64,000 nucleotides of DNA from assembly GCA_963813025.1 (NCBI GenBank), contig CAWEXO010000004.1:114308-178307 (forward strand), given 5' to 3'. This DNA is from an uncultured Verrucomicrobiae bacterium (GTDB lineage Bacteria; Verrucomicrobiota; Verrucomicrobiia; Chthoniobacterales; JAFAMB01). The position numbers were made by a program, and so were the translations under genes. The first letter of the stretch is position 1, and every line of letters begins with the position of its first letter. This document shows, piece by piece, positions 55,950-64,000 of this stretch. The notes below the pieces were generated by a model. It had not been told where the DNA came from. It did not search any database and was given only the letters and a program-made list of their open reading frames with translations.

Positions 55950-57143
55950 ATCGGCATCAATCGCTCGCCGATGCCGTGGAAAAGGTCGCTACGCTTGCCG
56001 CTTACCCACCTCGCCGATTTTGTCCATGCAGGCCACCAACTCCTCGCGCGAAACCGCGGCAAAGAGCTGGGCGCGCAGCTCCTCATCAGAGATGGTGTTC
56101 AAGGATGATTCTGCCGAGTGACCTCAAAGTCGTCAACGAGCCCTGGATGGTTTGCCGCTGGCGGCGGAGTTGTTCGTCGAGCTCGTTTTGGGTCTGGGTG
56201 GACGCGCGGGTCAGTAGCTTGTCGAACATATCGACCACCTGATCGACGGCGTCGCGGTAGCTCTGCCACAGAAAGCAGACCAACGCCGCGCGGCGGCGTG
56301 GCTCGGGGAGCTCGCGCAACCGAGTCATCGAGGACTTTCTCACCTGGTGGAACAGCGCCCGTTGGTAATTGCCGTTGAGCCACAAGAGATCGACCCCAAG
56401 CACGCCTGTAGCTTCGATGACGCTCAGTTTGTCGAGTAAAGTGAGCATCGCATCCACGGATGGCTTGCTCGGATTGGCTTTGATCGCCTGCAACCCGGAG
56501 CTGGTTTCGTCCGGCTTGACCAAGAGCAGGTCCTCGAGCGTAGCGGTCAAGCCGTTCGGGACGGACGCAGCGACCCGCCTGAAGATGTCCTCGCGTGCCC
56601 GCGCCCGCTGCTCGCCGACGATGCGGGCGATCCGGAACTCGGCGGGCTCGAGCACGCGCTGCTCTTTAAGAAACTCCCGCGCCCGGCCGTAAGGGCGGCG
56701 GTCTGTTCCAGACGACAGGCCTCCTCGAACAGGAATTGTTCCAGCTGTGTCACCTCGGCGTCATCGAAGGGGCGCAGCCTCAGATAATCGGTAATGGTCT
56801 GTTGATGCTCGGAGATCGTCGGCTACCGTTTGCGGTAGAGTTCAATCAGCCCTGCATCAAGCCCCAACTGCGCCGCGCTGAAGTAAACCAGTTCCTCGAA
56901 GAGCTCGAAGGGCTGCTGCTGCGGAAATCGATCGAAGAGCCGGACGAAGGCGACCTGGTAGGCAAAGCCAAGCCGGTTATGGGGGCGCCGACACTTGCCG
57001 AGCTGCACGAAATCTTCCTCTGTCAGGCTGGCGGCGCGCCTGAGCTGGTCGCGGGAAAACATTACCGATGTGATACCGCGAACGCCGAAGCACGGAAAGA
57101 CGGTTCCTTAGCGTATAAAATTACACGAATCTGCCTAGTACCC
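55950..57143 (-). mobile_element. Tn3-family remnant: IR (57107-57143) plus frameshifted DUF4158/TnpA N-terminus
   Basis: IR GGGTACTAGG...ACGCTAAG; NRLGFAYQ motif. Confidence 0.8.
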
Positions 57144-57144
57144 T

Positions 57145-57429
57145 TACTTGTCCCAGAAGATCAGTGAGGTCATAGGGCCAGAAGCGCGGGAGATTCTATT
57201 CCAGGCCATCGCAAACGGCTCGGTCGTGTCCTGGCAACACATTAACTTGCTGGGCGAATACGATTTCTCGGACGAAAAGCTCCAGGATTCGGTCGGGATC
57301 AAGCCCCCCAAAATTAGCTGCCTGAAAGCAGTCTGATTTTGGGAGCCGCAAAAAGCCACGTCTCGTTGCGTATATGCGGGTTTGTGCCAAATCTCGTGGC
57401 GTTTTACGTACCTTTGTTGGAACATCCCC
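57145..57429 (+). mobile_element. Second Tn3-family remnant: TnpA C-terminus plus IR (57393-57429)
   Basis: SWQHINLLGEYDF; IR reverse complement GGGGATGTTCC...ACGCCACGAG. Confidence 0.75.
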
Positions 57430-57590
57430 GTTGTTCGTGGGCCATAGTTTGCGAATATGCCTCGCACAAAAGTACGAATTTAAAGTTTGTTGGCGAGGCG
57501 GCTGATTCCGTTCTTCAGGGGGTTTGGCACCGGAATTGATCAAGAATCCGAGGCGAAAGTCTACCCTCTTGGAAAATCGCGCTTAAGCCG

Positions 57591-58694
57591 TCAACCCGTC
57601 GGATTGGGGACCGTTTGATTCGGATTGGGGACTGTTTGATAAACTACGTCGCTTCCGCTGTAGAATGGCCGGTACCATATTCCCCCAAATTCAAAGTACT
57701 TGGCGTCATTCACTGTCACGGTTGTGGCTCCTTCCGGGATTGACGGAACCAGGACGCCTACCGGCGGGTCCACAATTTCATAGCCTTGGCCTGCTTCCTC
57801 GTAGAAGACACCGTTGGAGTAGGCGAAGCTTTTGTCGGCGCCATTGACCGTGATGGAGGACTCAGGAGCCGAAGGGATCACCGCTCCCTTGGGAGGCGGC
57901 ACGACGGCATACCCATTGCCCTGGGGCGAGGGCGCGTAGTAAACGCCACCTGAATAGTAGTACGGGGTACCTTGGACCACGACCTGCGTCGATTGCGGCG
58001 GAAGGCTGGCGATCGTTGCACCTATCGCCACGCCGGCCGCGCCAGCGGTTGCCAATCCGGCGTAGTAGCCGCCCCAAGTACCAGGCGAACCACCACCGTA
58101 CCAGGCGCCGTTGGAGCCGGGGGTTCCGTAGGTATTTGCGTAGTTATTAGCAAAATTCTGGCGACTCTGTTGCGTATTCTGTCCATAATTTTGGCGACTC
58201 TGTTGGGCGTTCTGCCCGTAATTCTGACGACCCTGTTGTGAGTTCTGCCCATAAGTCTGACGACTCTGCTGCCGGCTATTGGCGCCTTGCTGGTCCGCGG
58301 TCGTGCGCTGAGTAGCCCCTTGCTGGCGCGTATTTGTCTCATTTTGTCGGCCTTGCTGGCGCTGAGCTTGATTCTGGGTGCTTGTCCCCCGCTGTCCCTC
58401 ATTAGACGTTGAGCGCTGTCCCCCGCGTGAGCCTCCCTGCAACTGCCTGCTACCGCTGCCTGCAGACTGCAGATTATGCGTGCTTCGAGCACCTGTCGCC
58501 GATCCTTTAGAGGAAGAAAACCCCCCCGATCTAGCCGCACCTTCGCGCGAAAAGCCGCCTCCCCGTCCACCGCCACCGCCACCGCCTCGTCCACCACCAC
58601 CTCGTTGAAAGGCTTCACCCTGAACTACGAAGAACAGGAGAGAAACAAGGCCTATTTGACTTGCAATCACTCTGAACAGGGATCTGTATTTCAT
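57591..58694 (-). CDS. Secreted Gly/Gln-rich protein with DUF6515-like C-domain
   Basis: Signal peptide, RGG tract, SRQNYGQNxQQ repeats, YYYSGGVYY...VVPPP repeats. Confidence 0.75.
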   Translation of the reverse strand: MKYRSLFRVIASQIGLVSLLFFVVQGEAFQRGGGGRGGGGGGGRGGGFSREGAARSGGFSSSKGSATGARSTHNLQSAGSGSRQLQGGSRGGQRSTSNEGQRGTSTQNQAQRQQGRQNETNTRQQGATQRTTADQQGANSRQQSRQTYGQNSQQGRQNYGQNAQQSRQNYGQNTQQSRQNFANNYANTYGTPGSNGAWYGGGSPGTWGGYYAGLATAGAAGVAIGATIASLPPQSTQVVVQGTPYYYSGGVYYAPSPQGNGYAVVPPPKGAVIPSAPESSITVNGADKSFAYSNGVFYEEAGQGYEIVDPPVGVLVPSIPEGATTVTVNDAKYFEFGGIWYRPFYSGSDVVYQTVPNPNQTVPNPTG

Positions 58695-59503
58695 TTCTCG
58701 CTTCCTTTCTTAGGAGCGGCTGGAACAGCAGCGTTGCCAACTGCGGTCAGGAATTGAATTCGATCCGCCCCAACGGGCGGAGTAAACGTAAAAAGCGCAT
58801 CAGAAACTTCCGGGGCCAAATTCCAGTTGGAGAGATCCGCCCAGAACTGCGGTTGCCCCGTTTCATCTTTGTAGGTGATCACAACGCGTCTGGGCAAAGG
58901 CTCGCTGCCCTGGGCAACCCACACTTGAAAGTCTACACCTGTAGAAGTTCGCGCGGCGACATGATCGCAGGGTACATCTGTAATTGTTGTTGTTTCCACG
59001 TAGTTCGCTGAAACAACAAGCTTATCCAATTCACTTGGAAGCGTGCTCACGAGCATCAAGGCCAGGGGCACCCGGACCTTGAGATCGTCGACTGCATACT
59101 TGATTGCCTGGTCCAGGGTGCCCGGCCTGGACACGGTGGCGTAGACATTTTTCTTCGCCGTGTAAACGGTGATCTCTTTGCCATCGAAAATCACCAAACC
59201 TTTTTCGCCATCGCTTCTCTCGATTTCAAAACGCAAGCGATCGGGACGGCTGACGGTCACTTTGCGGACCTCACCAAATTCGATCTTTTGCCCGGATTCC
59301 TGAACCGCGTCATAGCCATCGCGCATGGTGACGCTGAAACGCTCGGCCTTGGCTAGATATTCGCTCATGTTTTTGAGGACAGTCATCGCCCGTTGTTCGG
59401 ATGCCGATCGGGTCGGATTGTGCTCCTGCGCGACCAGGACCGGCGCCATCAGGACCATCAGGCTCACGACGGGTAAGGCCAGGTGCAAACTCTTGTCATT
59501 CAT
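58691..59503 (-). CDS. DUF2092 (LolA-like) periplasmic protein
   Basis: GQKIEF, VSRPDRL, DFQVWV, PLPRRVVITY, PQF. Confidence 0.85.
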   Translation of the reverse strand: MNDKSLHLALPVVSLMVLMAPVLVAQEHNPTRSASEQRAMTVLKNMSEYLAKAERFSVTMRDGYDAVQESGQKIEFGEVRKVTVSRPDRLRFEIERSDGEKGLVIFDGKEITVYTAKKNVYATVSRPGTLDQAIKYAVDDLKVRVPLALMLVSTLPSELDKLVVSANYVETTTITDVPCDHVAARTSTGVDFQVWVAQGSEPLPRRVVITYKDETGQPQFWADLSNWNLAPEVSDALFTFTPPVGADRIQFLTAVGNAAVPAAPKKGSEK

Positions 59504-59954
59504 TCAAAAATCCTTTGTTGAAATTTTGCCCTATCAAAGGCGGAAACTGCCGCGCGATGTTTTCCCAACGCAAGTTATAACATCGCAGTTCGATAGGGTT
59601 CGTAGCGACCGTAAAATCCACTGCCGCGCCCGGGGGTGCGGCCCACGCGCTCAGAGAAAGCCCGCGTCTTTTCATGCGAATCTTTTAGGGGGCACACCGA
59701 TAACTCTCAGCGCAACGCGCCGAACCAAATTCGCCTCCGCCAATATGCACCTCGACGCTAGCTACGTCTACTGGACTTTGATTCGATACAAATAACCCGC
59801 TTGAGATCTAGCGCACCAAGTCTGAGGCGCCTATAGCAGCGTTGGGCGCGCCGCCGGTTGACCCGCAAGGCGCTAGCGAGTGAGGCAAAGTAGATAGTCT
59901 TCCAGCCTGTCTTTAGGGATTGCGTCGGCCGCTTCAAACAAAGCCTGCAGCGGA

Positions 59955-60947
59955 CTACATTCCCGGCAGTCCATTCCGGATGCGGCTCGAGAAATCCGGA
60001 TCGCGATCGGCGGCGCGAGCCCGGTCGTTAATGTGGCTGAGGCGCTTGAGTTCTCCAAAGGGCAGTGACGTGTCGATCGCGCCGAGTTCGTAAGCGTGTT
60101 CGTCGATAGAGCCATTCACAAGGAGCTGCCAGTCCCAGGGCCGCGCCGAGCCGATATGCTTGATGTGGAGTCGGATGTTCGAAGTGCAATTGCTCAAGAG
60201 CTCATTATACCATTGTGCCCGGTCGTGAAGCTCGTTGGCGCTTTGGAGATAATCTAGGAAAAGGGCTCGGGACCGTTCCGGGGTCGCTGGAATCAGATGA
60301 TAGAGATAGACGTCTTCCAGCCGATAATTGGTCCGCAGCCGCACGATGTCGCGCTCGTCACCGATGACATAATAGAGCTCGAATTGCCGGTACAAGCCGG
60401 CAAGTGCCGAATAGGCCTGGCCCTTCGCCATCCGCGTCTCAATCGACATACAGACATAGCCCTCCGGACCGAAGTCGAAGCTCACGAAGGTGTGGCAGAT
60501 AAGCGTGGATCCCCAATAATTGGTAAAAAAATCGACTGTGCGCAGATTAGAAAGGTGCACCGTCTTTGTTTCCCATCGCGGATGGAAGTCGGTTTTGGTG
60601 ACGTAGTCGAAGTTGCGGAAGTTGTGGATCACCACGCGGTCACTCTCAATTTCGGCATAGGGAGCTTCGGCAACCTCGGGTTGCCAATCGCGCGTATTGG
60701 AAGGGCGGATCGTGAGCCACCACGCGGCCAGGAGCGCAATTGCACCGGCAACCCCGAGTTGTGCCCGCCAGTGGGGTCGCACGAACGGGAGGACTGCGAT
60801 CGCACTCAGGCCAAACGCAGCCGCCAGAGGTCGACGCAACCCTGTGACCGGGAAATCGAACCAGAGTGCGCCAAAAGCCCAGGCAACGCCGATCAACAGG
60901 ACCAAGAAGCCGACGCTCAAGAGAATCCACGGCCCCACGAACGCCAT
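59955..60947 (-). CDS. DUF4105 (Lnb-like) membrane protein
   Basis: HTFVSFDF, SIETR, QFELYYVIGDERD, YNELLSNCT. Confidence 0.88.
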   Translation of the reverse strand: MAFVGPWILLSVGFLVLLIGVAWAFGALWFDFPVTGLRRPLAAAFGLSAIAVLPFVRPHWRAQLGVAGAIALLAAWWLTIRPSNTRDWQPEVAEAPYAEIESDRVVIHNFRNFDYVTKTDFHPRWETKTVHLSNLRTVDFFTNYWGSTLICHTFVSFDFGPEGYVCMSIETRMAKGQAYSALAGLYRQFELYYVIGDERDIVRLRTNYRLEDVYLYHLIPATPERSRALFLDYLQSANELHDRAQWYNELLSNCTSNIRLHIKHIGSARPWDWQLLVNGSIDEHAYELGAIDTSLPFGELKRLSHINDRARAADRDPDFSSRIRNGLPGM

Positions 60948-61023
60948 ACCCGCAGGGCGCGCGGTTTCCTTCCAGGTTCCGCGGATTTCAGCAATTTACT
61001 CGGTGGCATACAATGGCGGGTTT

Positions 61024-62786
61024 CTAATAGAAGGCGGCTAGAGTTCCAGTTAGGCCAGTTCTTGGCGGCTGGTGGCGACGTGATCGGTTGCCGAACGCCA
61101 AGCTTTGATTTGGTAGAGCCAAGTGATCTGCGACTCTCTGCTCGGTCGAGTCAGCCGAACGTCGATTCGTTTGTTTCACGTTCCGGTGCGAAGCACTAAC
61201 GGCTGCCAAATGCAGCCGTAGGATTCGTTTTAACTCGGTGATGGTCTGAGGAAGAGCAAAAGAACCGTGGGGGCCAGGCACGATCAATTCCGACTGGGCG
61301 CCCGGAAGGTGCGAACTCCAGTAAGGCACCACACCGTCCGAACTGTTAGGCGTATCGCCTCTGCCGCGGTCGCCGATGATCGAGTGATAGGGCGCGCGGA
61401 TGGGGAGTGTGTCCAGTCCGTGAAGAAGAGGATTCTGCGGCGAAAGGCCGTTAATGCCTGTTGGCATCCGCTTAAGGCCAAGATTTTTTTGGAACGATCC
61501 GCTGACCACGTTGCTGACCCCGGTGAACATCTGGCTCGGAAGATGAATGAGCGCGATGCCGATTGAACCGATCCAGTTGGTCGCCAGATAACTGCCACGA
61601 TGCGGGACGCAAATAAATACGATCCTGGCCACCCGGGGATTCGCATCGAAGATCAGTGCCCTTTTGACGATATTATCAGGTGGCAGCCTGGCATAGAGGC
61701 GATCTGCGTCACCCTTGAAGATGCGATCCCAAAGTACGCGCCCGGTCGTCACCGCCTGCATCTGGGCAAGCAACCCCCCTAAACTGTGGCTAATGAGTAC
61801 CATGTTCTTCGTTCTGGGATAGCGTCGGTACACTTGTGCCAAGCTCTCGCGAAACCTCAGCGCCGAAAGCGCAATAGGATCGCCGGTCGGGTAGGCGAAA
61901 ACCCAAAACTGATACCGGCCGTGTAAGACTGGATCGGACTCGACGGCGGTAACCGTTGGTACCCACATCTGAGGTATCGACAATAACCCGTGAACAAAAA
62001 TCACTGGAATCCGCTCGGGGTCATAAGGCTCGAGCATGTAGAGCCCAGTCTGTCGCTCGTAGTTTTCCGGGTGCATCATCGCCATCAGCCCGAGCAGCAA
62101 CCCCGGTTCGGGATAATAGGCAAGCGGAGCGCCGAAATCGGCTGCTAATGGACGCACTGCACCTGCCAGCCGGACCGCGCTTTTCCTCGTCGGATCATAT
62201 AATATGAGGGTGACATCACGCGTTCCTGGCCGGCCGTTTCAGATGGTCGGAAATCCAGAATGGCCGTGACAGCGCAAGCGACGCCGACGCGCGGCAGAAA
62301 AAACTCCCTGGGGTTCGAAGGCTTGTAAACTCCTACCAGCACGCCGCCCCAATCATTAATTCTCGCCTCCTGGTGAGCAATCTTTCCATGGACTTGCTTC
62401 GGGGTACGGAAGAAATCGAAGTAACTCGGATCCCAGGTGGCGTCCTTGTGTGAACCAGGCGCAAATCGTAGTCGGTAAATGGTGTGGCCGAAAGCAATCG
62501 TCTGGGGCTTATTCCAACGCTCACCGGTTGAGTGCAGTAAAACTGTCACCTCTTGGCATGCGCTGTCATAAATCGACTGTGCTTCACTTCTGTCGTTTGG
62601 AGACGAACTGTCCATCGGCTGGAGCGCCCAATCGGCCGCTTCGAGGTAGTAGCCGACGGCAGTCCCTGGGTCGTTTCGAGTCTTCTGCGCTTCAGCCAGG
62701 TTCAGCCTGGCATAGTAGACGATCGCTTGGGGGCTTGCGCTTGGCATCCGATCAGTTCCTCGCCCGCCCGAGACCGATACGCCCAA
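61024..62786 (-). CDS. Alpha/beta hydrolase (lipase/esterase-like), frameshift near 62150-62200
   Basis: FVHGLLS, SHSLGG nucleophile elbow, PHRGS, SDGVVPYWS. Confidence 0.8.
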
Positions 62787-62849
62787 AAAAGGAAGAGCAA
62801 CCCAATGATCTTGCCAGGCAGGACTGAATCGTACCGTTCATAAAAGTGT

Positions 62850-63653
62850 TTATTTTGGAAATTTGGTTGTGAACTCCTCGAAGGATTTCGTCCGCTACTG
62901 GCCGAGATGTGCCAGGGCATTGCGCAGCGGAGTGCTGGAGATCTGCATCACTCCCTGGAAAGGCATGTACATCGCCAGGATCAAGAAGATCGCAACTGAA
63001 CCGAGAGCGCGCACAGGAATAAGGTGGCAATAACGGTTAGATTGAGAGGGGCGAAGAGGCCGAAGCTGGTAAAAACAATGGCGAGCCAGAAAACCAGCAC
63101 CGCCAGCAAGGGCAGGGAGACGGAGGTGCTTTCCTGTTCGAACATCAGCCAGCGCAATTTTCCAAGATCAATAGCCATGCTAGATGCCTGGGCCTGGAGT
63201 GCGCGTTGACATCGTTCTGGGGGGATAGCGCCTGAATTTTATCATAGAGAATTTCGCCGCCGGCGGCTGTGGGTTCCATTTGGGAAGGTTGTTGATGGTC
63301 TTGGTGCCAGATCAGATCGAGCGTGCGGGCCACGGCGCCGCGCAACAAATCACGGGCTTCTTTGTCTCTGGCCCGTAGTGCGCCAGGACGCGGTCAAGCA
63401 GGATGACATTGGCAGACAACTGCGTCAGTTCGCTGCTCTGCGTGTCGTAGAAATTCTTGGCCGAAGCGACCAGCAGCCCGAGAACCAGAGCAGCCATGGT
63501 GCCGACCATTCCCATCCCCAGCCTTACAGTATCTTTTGAGTCAGCACTCAAATGACGCTCGGGCAGAACGGCGCGAAGAAACATACCGAGGAGCGCGCCT
63601 CCGAAAGTGCAGGCCAACACGACCAATCGGATTACGATGTCATTCATGATCAA
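62850..63653 (-). pseudogene. DUF4239 (bestrophin-like) membrane protein, several frameshifts
   Basis: LPERHLSADSKDTVRLGMG...ALVLGLLVASAK; LVFWLAIVFTSFGLFAP. Confidence 0.75.
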
Positions 63654-64000
63654 CGCTCTTTAAGACAACAAGCTCAGCTCGAATTGGGCCAGCAACGGTA
63701 TTGATATCAAGCCACTAATGAAAGGCGAGCCGAATATAGCCGGGCTGTTCCTCGTTGTCTCCTGGTTAACGGCGTGCGGCTGGCTCCGCGACCCATCAAG
63801 CGTGGATGAAGGGTACGCACAGGCCGTCCGGTGGCGATGCCTCGCTGTTGCTGGCCTGATAAGGGGGCGATTTCGACAGTATCTTCGTCGTTCCACCTCT
63901 GCATGGCAGGGCGAGAAAGGCAGCCTTCGCGCGCGAGAATGGGTTCACCCTTTCCGTCGGCCGCTTAGCTGCAATGCCAGCCACTCCAATCGAGACAATA

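Noticed and set aside
60297..61199. 300-aa + strand ORF
   Set aside because: Antisense to the well-supported DUF4105 gene

Overview
GC-rich bacterial chromosome segment; gene style suggests a Verrucomicrobiota-like soil bacterium (inference only). Four blocks. (1) 1-7.6 kb core genes: pgl, UreF-like protein, clpS, DUF2017-like protein, bifunctional nuclease, speA (1-nt frameshift), class A PBP, trmD. (2) 7.7-28.6 kb: a ~21 kb element integrated in tRNA-Pro(TGG), bounded by a 45-bp att duplication and GCGAC arm-type repeats. It carries integrase, xis/HTH genes, primase, a decayed helicase, a secreted beta-helix protein, a GIY-YIG/NUMOD3 nuclease gene with an internal 180-bp inversion, a lone tape-measure gene split by IS630, an AbiE type IV TA pair and two IS256 copies. 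No capsid, terminase or portal gene is visible. (3) 28.9-38.7 kb core genes: FMN reductase, a polyol regulator/ABC/mannitol dehydrogenase cluster (dehydrogenase apparently starts at ATT), tRNA-Pro(GGG). (4) 38.8-64 kb: accreted islands marked by two 3' fragments of tRNA-Glu(CTC), with TA pairs, a MOBF relaxase remnant beside a putative oriT and a 10x10-bp array, IS3, IS4/IS256/Tn3 remnants, a MITE, a tandem IS630 dimer and cargo enzymes. Many frameshifts lie in homopolymers, so some pseudogene calls may be long-read errors. Family assignments come from motif recognition by eye; no searches were run. No CRISPR array, rRNA or reverse transcriptase was seen.
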